A DNA stretch of 64,000 bases from an uncultured Pseudomonadales bacterium. GTDB lineage: Bacteria > Patescibacteriota > Microgenomatia > UBA1400 > UBA1396. Positions 30,160 through 38,624 of this stretch are shown here, piece by piece (position 1 is the first letter of the stretch; each line of letters starts with the position of its first letter). A program made the position numbers and the translations under genes. A model generated the notes under the pieces. That model was not told the DNA's origin and searched no databases. It saw only the letters and a list, made by a program, of their open reading frames with translations. The stretch covers positions 59,623 to 123,622 of the forward strand of contig CAZRWP010000001.1 in NCBI GenBank assembly GCA_964603945.1, written 5' to 3'.

Positions 30160-31177
30160 ATTCAGACCATTTTTCCGCTGGCGATTGTTATTTGCAACCT
30201 TATTTTTAATGTTAATTTGTGGTTATGCTTATACCAATGAGCTGGGATTACCTTTACCATTACTGCCAACCAACTTAATTACACCCAATACGCCAAAGAC
30301 AATTAATCAACCTTCAATATCTACCGAGGACATAGTTAGTCAAATTCAGAACATTAGAACTGAAAATAATCTAGATCCTCTAAATGAAAACACCACTCTG
30401 GAAAAAACTGCCCGGTTGGTAAGTTTGGAAATTGAGGACGCTCAGGATATTAATACCGAGATAAATTATGAGAGAATTCTGAATGCAGTCAGTCTAACCA
30501 AACCTCCAGAAGTTGAGGGTTTTGTTATTTTTCTTGCCGGCGTTGGTAAGCCAGATGATATTTTGGCCGACAATGAGTCTAGGCTTTTTTCTAAAGCAAA
30601 TTATACTCAGATAGGTGTCGCAACCAGGTCAGCTACCATAGCTGAGGAAGATGGCTTGATCGTGGTAATTTTGAGTTCACCGGAATTTTATCAGCCACCA
30701 AATAATCCTCAGGTAAACACTCAAGTAATTACCGATGATTCCAATGATATTCAAGGCGCGGTAACTGGCTCAGTGGCTCAAACTTCCGCTGGCCAATTGC
30801 CCAAAGAGTTCAGCTATACCGGTCAGGATCTTTGGCAGGCAGTGCAAAATTACCGCCGCGCCCATCGCCTACCCGAATTTCAACAATCCAATGAGCTTTG
30901 CACCGTGGCCAGCATCCGCCTGAATGAACAAATAGAGCTTGGCCGACTGGACAATCATGAAGGATTCTCCGCCCGAGCAGACGAATTTTTTGATAAAAAT
31001 CCTGACTGGCGCAATCTAAATGAGAATTTAGCGTCCGGTTTTGACACCGCCGTACAAGTGGTGGAATGGGGCTGGGATCAGAGTTTGGGACATCAGGCTT
31101 TAATTAAAAGCTTGGAATCTCCTAAAGCCTGCGCGGCGGCTAATTATGGCTTTGCTGTGTTAATCACCGGTAAATAA
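30143..31177 (+). CDS. Membrane-anchored CAP/SCP (PR-1-like) domain protein
   Basis: N-terminal TM; C-terminal 'YRRAHRLPEF..HEGF..NLASGF..VVEWGWDQSLGHQALI' CAP domain signature. Confidence 0.55.
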   Translation: MVKQAKFRPFFRWRLLFATLFLMLICGYAYTNELGLPLPLLPTNLITPNTPKTINQPSISTEDIVSQIQNIRTENNLDPLNENTTLEKTARLVSLEIEDAQDINTEINYERILNAVSLTKPPEVEGFVIFLAGVGKPDDILADNESRLFSKANYTQIGVATRSATIAEEDGLIVVILSSPEFYQPPNNPQVNTQVITDDSNDIQGAVTGSVAQTSAGQLPKEFSYTGQDLWQAVQNYRRAHRLPEFQQSNELCTVASIRLNEQIELGRLDNHEGFSARADEFFDKNPDWRNLNENLASGFDTAVQVVEWGWDQSLGHQALIKSLESPKACAAANYGFAVLITGK

Positions 31178-31183
31178 TAATGC

Positions 31184-31223
31184 AACCTAAAATGCCCACG
31201 GCTCCGCCAAAGCGGAGCCGTGG
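31184..31223 (-). terminator. Rho-independent terminator for 31270..31524 (hairpin shared by convergent genes)
   Basis: Perfect 12-bp stem CCACGGCTCCGC-CAAA-GCGGAGCCGTGG; on minus strand followed by GCATTTTAG U-tract; no U-tract on plus side. Confidence 0.5.
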
Positions 31224-31269
31224 ACGGACGTTGAGAGGGCCTGCCCAACCACCTCTCGTCAAGCTGTCA

Positions 31270-31524
31270 TTAGGTTACCTGACGGCTAGAGCCGAATAGA
31301 CTGGCGATCCAGAGTAACAGCGCCGCTCCGACCGTAGCCGTAATCAGACTGCCGATTAGGCCATAGGTGTCAAATCCCAGCAGACCAAATAAGTAGCCTC
31401 CTAAAAAGGATCCGATAATACCGAGAAGCATATTTCCCCGCAAGCCGAAGCCGTCACCGCGCATCAATTCACCGGCTATCCAGCCAGCGAGCGCGCCTAT
31501 AAGTAAGAATGCGATTATCTCCAT
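31270..31524 (-). CDS. GlsB/YeaQ/YmgE family stress-response membrane protein
   Basis: 84 aa, Gly-rich 2-3 TM 'GALAGWIAGELMRG..GIIGSFLGGYLFGLLG' transglycosylase-associated protein signature. Confidence 0.7.
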   Translation of the reverse strand: MEIIAFLLIGALAGWIAGELMRGDGFGLRGNMLLGIIGSFLGGYLFGLLGFDTYGLIGSLITATVGAALLLWIASLFGSSRQVT

Positions 31525-31546
31525 TTCCTACCCCTTTCTGTATTTT

Positions 31547-31852
31547 TTATTGCCCCCCATATTGCCAGCGATAGGTGTTCAACTGCGTTTGCAGTGCCAC
31601 CAATCTTTCTTGTAAATCTTCCAGGTGCCTGTCTGAATTCACCTGGATGTTGGGGGTCAAATTTTCCAGCTCCTCATGAATAGTTGAGATGATGTCGTTC
31701 ACCTCACGCTTCATCTCTAGGAGCCTAATAACTGAATCTCGATAGATTGGCCATTCATCCCGGGCGTTAGCCTCTAGATGGTCAATCCGTTTTGACATGT
31801 CAGTTACTACAGATTTAATTCGGCGGAATAAAGCAAGTTGTGAGTCGTTCAT
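31547..31852 (-). CDS. hypothetical coiled-coil protein
   Basis: 101-aa ORF, heptad-like helical sequence, no recognisable domain. Confidence 0.4.
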   Translation of the reverse strand: MNDSQLALFRRIKSVVTDMSKRIDHLEANARDEWPIYRDSVIRLLEMKREVNDIISTIHEELENLTPNIQVNSDRHLEDLQERLVALQTQLNTYRWQYGGQ

Positions 31853-32085
31853 AGATCTTTTTCCTCTTGTTTTTTATTTTGTTTTTTATGATTTATTTAT
31901 TTTTTTACTTTGTATGTTCTACATTAGGCTGTTACTTTCTGCTACTAACAAGAAATCGGTAATATTTGAGTAAGAATAGTTTCTGTTAAAAGATGGAAGT
32001 TTTAACTTACATATTAATTATTTTGGCAATTTTTATTAAGCCAAGTCTTGCGGAAATAGTCCTGTTTCTGTCATGCTAGTTACCT

Positions 32086-33750
32086 GTGAAACCTGCCCTA
32101 ATTTCAGTTCAGTCACCAGTGGCTTATTTATGTGCCGAGTTCGGCTTATATGCTCAGCTACCACTCTATGCTGGCGGCTTAGGTATTCTGGCCGGCGATA
32201 TTTTGAAATCAGCAGTTGAAGCAAATTTCCCAATGGTTGGCGTCGGCTTACTTTATAAAGGCCGTCTAGCTCAACAACAAATTAACGCTGATGACTGGCC
32301 AGAAGATTCTGATCGCAGTTTTGACCGCATAGCTGAAGGTATTTTTCCAGTAGTCCGAGACGGAGAGCCTTTACAGGTACAAGTTCCTTTAGGCTCCCAA
32401 ACTGTTAATTTGGCCATCTACGAAAAAACGATGGGCAAAACAGTCAGCCTAGTTTTGCTTGAGCCTGACGTTCCTAGTAACTCAGCTGAGATGCGCCGAT
32501 TAACCGACATTCTTTACTGTTGTGGCGACGAAAGTCAGCTCCAGCAAGCAATCTTATTAGGAGTCGGTGGCTATCGGGCTCTAAAAGCTTTGGGATTAAC
32601 ACCCACTTTTTATCACTTTAACGAAGGTCGTCCAGCCTTTTTAACTTGGGAATTCCAGGCGGACTGGCGAGAACAACAACATTTGTCAGCTGATCAAGCC
32701 AGCCAACATGCCAGATTACAAACGGTTTACACCAATCACACGTTGGTAGCCGCTGGCAACCAAACCTATCCGCTCGACTTAATTAAAAAGTATGCCCAAC
32801 CGTTTGCTGACCGGTTAGGTATTTCCGCCGATGAGTTGATAAAACCAGGTCTAGATAAGAACGCAACTGACCGTTTTAGCATCACTCAGCTGGCTTTAAA
32901 CAGCAGTATTAGGGCTTCTGGAGTTAGTCAGCGGCATACTCAGCTAGCCAAACAAAGCTGGCCAGATTATCACTGGGACGCCATCACAAATGGCGTTCAC
33001 CTCAAAACTTGGCAAAAGCCTGAATTTGCTCAACCAACTAATGACGATCAGGAACTCTGGAATACGCACCGTAAATATAAACATCGGTTAATGGAAATGG
33101 CAGTGGAACGTACCGGCATTGGCTATGATCCAGATCACCTAATAATTGCCTGGGCACGTCGGATCACCGAGTATAAACAGCTCGACCGCGTTTTTGCTGA
33201 TTTAGAGCGCCTGGAGGCAATTCTTCGTCATCCAGCCAGACCAATTCAGATTTTAATTGCTGGCAAAACTCACCCGGGTGATGATAATGCCAAGCGGACT
33301 TTACAAAACATCATCCGATTGTTCCAGACCAGACTAAACGGCGTTGCCCTCTACTTGCCAAACTATGATATTGAACTAGCCCAATATTTAACTTCCGGCG
33401 TTGATTTGTGGCTTAATACGCCCAAGTTTGGTTTGGAGGCCAGCGGTACTTCAGGCATGAAATGTGTTAGCAACGGAGTGCTTCAGGCTACGGTAGCCGA
33501 TGGCTGGTCAGCGGAAGTTGATTGGACCAATCGCGGTTGGGTATTGGAGCCAGATAGTCCGGAAGTTAGTCTTTACGATCAACTGGAAAACTCGATTGCC
33601 CCAATGTTTTATCAGCGCGACCACCGCGGTCTACCAATGGAGTGGCTTGCGCGCATGCGTAACTCAATGAAATTAGCTAATGATTTTAGTGCCGAGCGTG
33701 TTCTGAATGATTACCGACGATATTTATATCACCCAACTCAAACTGAATAA
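32086..33750 (+). CDS. glgP: Alpha-glucan phosphorylase (glycogen/maltodextrin phosphorylase, GT35)
   Basis: GTG start; 'YLCAEFGL..LPLYAGGLGILAGD' N-terminus and PLP-lysine site 'EASGTSGMK'. Confidence 0.8.
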   Translation: MKPALISVQSPVAYLCAEFGLYAQLPLYAGGLGILAGDILKSAVEANFPMVGVGLLYKGRLAQQQINADDWPEDSDRSFDRIAEGIFPVVRDGEPLQVQVPLGSQTVNLAIYEKTMGKTVSLVLLEPDVPSNSAEMRRLTDILYCCGDESQLQQAILLGVGGYRALKALGLTPTFYHFNEGRPAFLTWEFQADWREQQHLSADQASQHARLQTVYTNHTLVAAGNQTYPLDLIKKYAQPFADRLGISADELIKPGLDKNATDRFSITQLALNSSIRASGVSQRHTQLAKQSWPDYHWDAITNGVHLKTWQKPEFAQPTNDDQELWNTHRKYKHRLMEMAVERTGIGYDPDHLIIAWARRITEYKQLDRVFADLERLEAILRHPARPIQILIAGKTHPGDDNAKRTLQNIIRLFQTRLNGVALYLPNYDIELAQYLTSGVDLWLNTPKFGLEASGTSGMKCVSNGVLQATVADGWSAEVDWTNRGWVLEPDSPEVSLYDQLENSIAPMFYQRDHRGLPMEWLARMRNSMKLANDFSAERVLNDYRRYLYHPTQTE

Positions 33751-33759
33751 ATAAAAAAA

Positions 33760-34635
33760 CTATAGCAAAACGCTGGTCTCTGTTTTATCCTGAGCTTCAG
33801 TTTGTTCAGGCATGATGTAAACGTCAGCCTTGTAATCATTTAGACCAACAAATTCCGCTTTACCTTGAATAATTGCCTCCATTGGACGGCAGGCATAACA
33901 ACCGTCGTCGCCATGCGGACACTTGAATCGTTCCAGCTTACGAGCAGTTTTTATCTGCCGAGCCACCTCTAAAACCTGATTATGAGCCTCAGCTAGATCA
34001 GGTAGTTCTTTTGGAGTGAGCTCGTCACTGCTATCTAGATACCAATAACTAGCCTTGGCTACCCGGCGATGCTGACAATTTTGGACTAATAAGTGATAAA
34101 TTGGCAACTGCAAAGAACCGCTATCTTCCTCATTCTTGCCGGTTTTAAAGTCGATGATATGAACGCTATCGGTGTCTGGTAAAAATTCTAGCCAGTCAAT
34201 CTTGCCGCACAAAATTATGTTGTCCTCTTCAGAGAGCCAGTAGTGGGGCAAATCGTCATTAATTTTAACGGCAAGATTCAACAAAGGTCCGGGATGATCC
34301 ATAACACGGCGCAACATCGTTTCACCGCGCAGTTTGTATTTTTCCTCAGTAGCCGCGTCTCTGAAACCGCCAGCCTTGCCACTGACTTTTTTCCAAGCCG
34401 TCTGAAACTTTTTGATTAGCGACTCATTGAATCGCTCTTTGGTTGGTAAAACCGACAACGACTCAATTACCTCATGCACGGCAGATCCTAAAGCCAGCGG
34501 CGGCGCCATTAACTGGATTTTATGCTTGGTTTTGGGATCACGATAAACATTTTTTAGATAGTAGGAACGCGGGCATTTCAACCAATCACTAATGGAGGAA
34601 TGGGAAACCCAGGTGGCAGTAAATTTGTCAGGCAT
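33760..34635 (-). CDS. Standalone Cas4-like PD-(D/E)xK nuclease with Fe-S cluster cysteines (RecB-family exonuclease)
   Basis: N-terminal 'KCPRSYYLK' Cys, 'IIDFKTGK' D-x-K motif, 'QLPIYHLL' QxxxY motif, C-terminal 'CPHGDDGCYAC' Cys triad; no CRISPR/cas neighbours. Confidence 0.6.
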   Translation of the reverse strand: MPDKFTATWVSHSSISDWLKCPRSYYLKNVYRDPKTKHKIQLMAPPLALGSAVHEVIESLSVLPTKERFNESLIKKFQTAWKKVSGKAGGFRDAATEEKYKLRGETMLRRVMDHPGPLLNLAVKINDDLPHYWLSEEDNIILCGKIDWLEFLPDTDSVHIIDFKTGKNEEDSGSLQLPIYHLLVQNCQHRRVAKASYWYLDSSDELTPKELPDLAEAHNQVLEVARQIKTARKLERFKCPHGDDGCYACRPMEAIIQGKAEFVGLNDYKADVYIMPEQTEAQDKTETSVLL

Positions 34636-34733
34636 AAAAGCTATCGTAGCAGAAATTTATGCACAAATAAAACACGAAGATTCTAGTCTCTGGTAACTTT
34701 GGCATCTCGCCATCTGCTAGCCATATTTTTAAT

Positions 34734-35057
34734 TTAGAAGGGCAGTTCTACGGCTGAATTGAGATCATCTTCATCATCTTGATCATCTGAGTCATCACTT
34801 GAATTTGCTGAACTGATCTGATCTTCAATCGGCTCTGGCCTAGCTTTCTCCGCCGGTTCCATATCATCTTGAATTTCGACAAATTCATTTTCTACTTCTT
34901 TGAGCCTGGAGCGACACTTCGCAATCAGCTCTTTACCTGATTTGAGCTTTTTTAAGCCTTCTTCCAGATCAATATCTTCCTGCTGAAACCAGCGATTAAT
35001 TTCTTCCAGTTCCAGTAAAGCCTGATTAAAATTAAATTTGGCTTGTTTTTTACTCAT
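34734..35057 (-). CDS. xseB: Exodeoxyribonuclease VII small subunit with acidic C-terminal tail
   Basis: 'FNQALLELEEINRWFQQEDIDLEEGLKKLKSGKELIAKCRSRLKEVENE' XseB pattern; 8-nt overlap with xseA. Confidence 0.7.
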   Translation of the reverse strand: MSKKQAKFNFNQALLELEEINRWFQQEDIDLEEGLKKLKSGKELIAKCRSRLKEVENEFVEIQDDMEPAEKARPEPIEDQISSANSSDDSDDQDDEDDLNSAVELPF

Positions 35058-36387
35058 GTGCCTCCACTTTCTCTACTTTTGTTTTTAATTTTCCCTGATG
35101 AAGTTTTATGCTCAAAGACTCACCTTTTATTACTTGTTTAACTGACCGTACAACTTCGTTTTTCTCATTCATCACAATACTATAGCCTTGTTTAAGTTTT
35201 AAGGTTGGATCGGACAAGTTTAGCTGTGTATCAAAATTATCTAGCTGATTTGCCCAGTTGCTAATCCAGCGTTGCCAAACAGCTGGCATTGATTGCTCGT
35301 AGTCAGTTAAGCCTTCACTGATTTGCCGTCTTTGTCTTTGCCACAAGTTAAAATTTAATTTAAAGTTTTCAGTTAGCTGAAAATACCTCTGCTTTAAGCG
35401 AGGTAAAAATGAGCTTAAACTTTGCTGATAAAAATTCAATGCCTGGTGTTGAGTTTCCAAGCGTGAAGAAAATAAGTAAACTAACTCACTAGCCAGCTCC
35501 TTAACTTGGCCTTGAGCGATAATCAGTGCTCGCTTTTGGGTAGAAGCCATTGTCTCCTGATATCTTTTTAGCCGGTCTTCCAGTCTCACCCAATTTGCTG
35601 AGATTATTTTACCGGCATCGGTAGGTGTTGAAGCCCGAACATCAGCTACCAAATCAGAAATAGTCAAGTCATTTTCATGACCAATCGCTGATAAAACCGG
35701 AATCTTGGAGGAAAATATTGCTTTAGCTACCGGCTCAGAATTAAAAGCCTGCAAACTCTCCAAACTGCCGCCGCCACGAGTCAGCACAATTACATCCAGC
35801 TCCATGGGATGTTCATTAAACCACTTAAAAGCCCTTGCGATTGAATCAACCGCCTGCAGACCTTCAACCCGGACGTCATAATGAAATATCTGATAACCAA
35901 ATTGGCCTAGATGCGTCCGGAAATCCTTAATGGCATCTCCCTGCGAAGAAGTAATCAAACCAATGCGCACTGGATAATCTGGCAAAGCCTGCTTGGCTGA
36001 CTCTGCAAAAAATCCGGCTTGTTCCAACTGTCGTTTGAGTTTTTCAAACGCCTGCTTGAGAGCGCCTTCGCCTACCGGACTAATATAATCAGCTTGAAAA
36101 CTGAACTTGCCAAAAGGTTTATAAATATTCGGTACGCCGATGACCTGGATTTCCAAGCCTTCTTTTAAATCCACACCCAAACTGTTGAGTTTGTGACGCC
36201 AGATCATACAGTTGAGCACCGCTTTTTCATGCTTATCAGACAAATTGAAATAACTGGCTGTTCCGCGATGGGTCAAACTGGTAATTTCGCCCTGAACCGT
36301 CACCCGCAGTGGCTTGAGCAGTTCATTGGTTAAATCAAGAAACTCAGCTACGGAAAAAATGGCTTCCGGCGGAATGGGACTGGACAT
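35050..36387 (-). CDS. xseA: Exodeoxyribonuclease VII large subunit
   Basis: N-terminal OB-fold, central catalytic region and C-terminal coiled-coil; operon with xseB. Confidence 0.8.
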   Translation of the reverse strand: MSSPIPPEAIFSVAEFLDLTNELLKPLRVTVQGEITSLTHRGTASYFNLSDKHEKAVLNCMIWRHKLNSLGVDLKEGLEIQVIGVPNIYKPFGKFSFQADYISPVGEGALKQAFEKLKRQLEQAGFFAESAKQALPDYPVRIGLITSSQGDAIKDFRTHLGQFGYQIFHYDVRVEGLQAVDSIARAFKWFNEHPMELDVIVLTRGGGSLESLQAFNSEPVAKAIFSSKIPVLSAIGHENDLTISDLVADVRASTPTDAGKIISANWVRLEDRLKRYQETMASTQKRALIIAQGQVKELASELVYLFSSRLETQHQALNFYQQSLSSFLPRLKQRYFQLTENFKLNFNLWQRQRRQISEGLTDYEQSMPAVWQRWISNWANQLDNFDTQLNLSDPTLKLKQGYSIVMNEKNEVVRSVKQVIKGESLSIKLHQGKLKTKVEKVEAHE

Positions 36388-36414
36388 GAAGACATTGTAT
36401 CTAAGCTCGGTGGG

Positions 36415-37050
36415 TTATTCTTGGGCAATCTGAGCAATAATTTCTCGAATAATTGTTTCTTTGGTGTCTCTATAAATTTTTTTCTTGTCTTCCTTCTTTG
36501 TTGCCTGTTCGGCCAACTTAACAGCCAGTTTTTTTGCCTCCTCATAACGGCGACAATAATCCGGATGTTCTCGTAAAAAATTTCGAAATTTTATTTCTTT
36601 GACCTCTTCAATTGATGGACCTTGAATTAGATGAAGATGGAACAAGCGTAATTTGCCATTATCCAGGTAATCATGGCGATCCAGAAACCATCGGTTATCG
36701 TCAATTATGACGTGGTGTTTAAAGGTGTAACCACTCTGCTCTAACTTAGAAATTAAGTTGAATACAGAATCTGGAATTTGTTTGAGATTAGCACTTTTTT
36801 CCTCAGGCACACAAAGCATCAAATCAATAATACCCTTACCACTTAAACCAGGCACAGCAGTGCTTCCGATATGCTCAATTACTGTTCCTGATGGCAAGAA
36901 TTCTGCTAAACGTTCAATTTCCTGTTGTGCCCAAGTGGTATAAATCGGTCGATACGGCTTATATACATACTTATTAAGCCATAACTTTGACACATCTGTA
37001 GAACTATCGTCCATTGTTTCTAATTTTACTAGAGACAATTGACAATTCAA
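36415..37050 (-). CDS. GrpB family protein (nucleotidyltransferase-like, UPF0157)
   Basis: 'IEHIGSTAVPGLSGKGIIDLML' GrpB signature; true start may be internal MDDSS (37014). Confidence 0.7.
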   Translation of the reverse strand: MNCQLSLVKLETMDDSSTDVSKLWLNKYVYKPYRPIYTTWAQQEIERLAEFLPSGTVIEHIGSTAVPGLSGKGIIDLMLCVPEEKSANLKQIPDSVFNLISKLEQSGYTFKHHVIIDDNRWFLDRHDYLDNGKLRLFHLHLIQGPSIEEVKEIKFRNFLREHPDYCRRYEEAKKLAVKLAEQATKKEDKKKIYRDTKETIIREIIAQIAQE

Positions 37051-37144
37051 CTAGCAGGCATAAAATATTTAGCTCAGCTAATTTTTGCCAGGAAGTGGCG
37101 CACTACAACTAACTTTTTTTTGGAAATAATTTTAGAAACACTAT

Positions 37145-38617
37145 ATGAACATCACAACTGCCAGCCGAAAAGCCTGGAATAAATCAAAAATAACATTTAG
37201 CAAATACTTCCGGCGTAGCCGGATTTGGTTGCGCCGAAATCCTAATCGAGTAATGATTGCCTTCTTTGTCGTCATGGCAGTTTTATTGATTGCTGGGCGC
37301 TGGTTAAATAAACCAGAGCCTCCCACCGAACCCGCGCAGAATGAGCCCCGCTTGGTGGAAACTTACAGTATTGGCGCGGCTCCTCGTGTCACGGTTCAGG
37401 CTAGGGTACAAAAAGGTAATGTCATTAATATTGTGGCCCAGACACCGGGAATTGTTCAAAAAATTAATGTTAAAGAAGGCCAGTCGGTCAAGCGTGGCCA
37501 AAATTTAATTAGTTTGTCCAGTAATTATCAAGGTGGAAACGCCGCCACGGTTCAGCGGCAGATCGCGCAGGTTCAGCAACAGCACACGGCTGACACTTAC
37601 GATCAGCAAAAAAGTTTGCTTGATCAGCAAAGAGAAGTTGCTCTGCAAACTTCGGACAACGCCGAAGAATTACGCCAAATTACTGACCGCTCGCTGGGTG
37701 AAACCCGCGACCTGATCGACCTAAATGAAGACATTTTGTCGGAAATTGAGGACAACTTGGAAGATCTAGAGGAAAACAATCCCAACAATCAAAATGACCC
37801 ATTAATTCTGCAAACCAAACAACTCCAAAGCCAATACAAGGCAGGTTTAAATCAATTGCGATCTGGTTTAAGACAGGCAGAATATCAGGCTGATGATGAA
37901 GAACCACCAGCCGAACTAGCTCAACTTCAAAAAGATCTCACCCTTCAGCAATTGGATATTCAAGCTAAGTCACTCGACATGAGCAGAGAGATGGCCAATC
38001 TTCAGCTTAGATTAGCCAAAGTTAATGAAGGCAGTATGTATCCCGGCGCACCACTTGGAGGTCAAGTTGAGCGCATTCATGTTCAGATTGGTCAGCAAGT
38101 TAATCCAGGCACAAAGTTAGTTACTTTACAATCTTCCGGCCAAGCCACCACAGTGGTCGCTTTGGTGCCGCGTCAAATCGCTTTATCTTTATCCAAAATA
38201 GAGTTAACTAGACTTAATCTTGGCGACAAATCAATTGAATTAGCACCTACTTATGTTTCTCACGAGGCGGTAGAGAATGGTTTATATTCCATAGTTTTTA
38301 ATCTTCCTGAAACGGAGAACGTCAGTGTTAGCGACAATCAAGTGGTGGCAATTGACCTGCCAGTCGGATTAGCCGATACCAGCGATATCATTCCCTTTAT
38401 TCCGCTTGATGCGGTTTATCAAAATGGCCGCCAAGCGTTTGTCTTTACGGCTCAAGAGGAAAAAGCACGTGTACAACCAGTGAAGCTGGGCAGTGTATTT
38501 GGCAGTTTCGTCCAAATATCTGATGGACTTAAAAAAGAAGATCAAGTAATTCTTGACCGCAATGTAATTGACGGCGATCCCATCACCATAGTTAATCAAG
38601 GTCTTTTGACAGAGTAA
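37145..38617 (+). CDS. Efflux RND transporter periplasmic adaptor subunit (HlyD/MFP family)
   Basis: N-terminal TM, biotinyl/lipoyl-like hairpin and long coiled-coil, beta-barrel C-terminus; 8 nt upstream of RND permease. Confidence 0.65.
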   Translation: MNITTASRKAWNKSKITFSKYFRRSRIWLRRNPNRVMIAFFVVMAVLLIAGRWLNKPEPPTEPAQNEPRLVETYSIGAAPRVTVQARVQKGNVINIVAQTPGIVQKINVKEGQSVKRGQNLISLSSNYQGGNAATVQRQIAQVQQQHTADTYDQQKSLLDQQREVALQTSDNAEELRQITDRSLGETRDLIDLNEDILSEIEDNLEDLEENNPNNQNDPLILQTKQLQSQYKAGLNQLRSGLRQAEYQADDEEPPAELAQLQKDLTLQQLDIQAKSLDMSREMANLQLRLAKVNEGSMYPGAPLGGQVERIHVQIGQQVNPGTKLVTLQSSGQATTVVALVPRQIALSLSKIELTRLNLGDKSIELAPTYVSHEAVENGLYSIVFNLPETENVSVSDNQVVAIDLPVGLADTSDIIPFIPLDAVYQNGRQAFVFTAQEEKARVQPVKLGSVFGSFVQISDGLKKEDQVILDRNVIDGDPITIVNQGLLTE

Positions 38618-38624
38618 GGACAGC

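Noticed and set aside
36348-36545. 65-aa ORF overlapping xseA start and GrpB end
   Set aside because: Overlaps two well-supported genes in a different frame; basic low-complexity translation.
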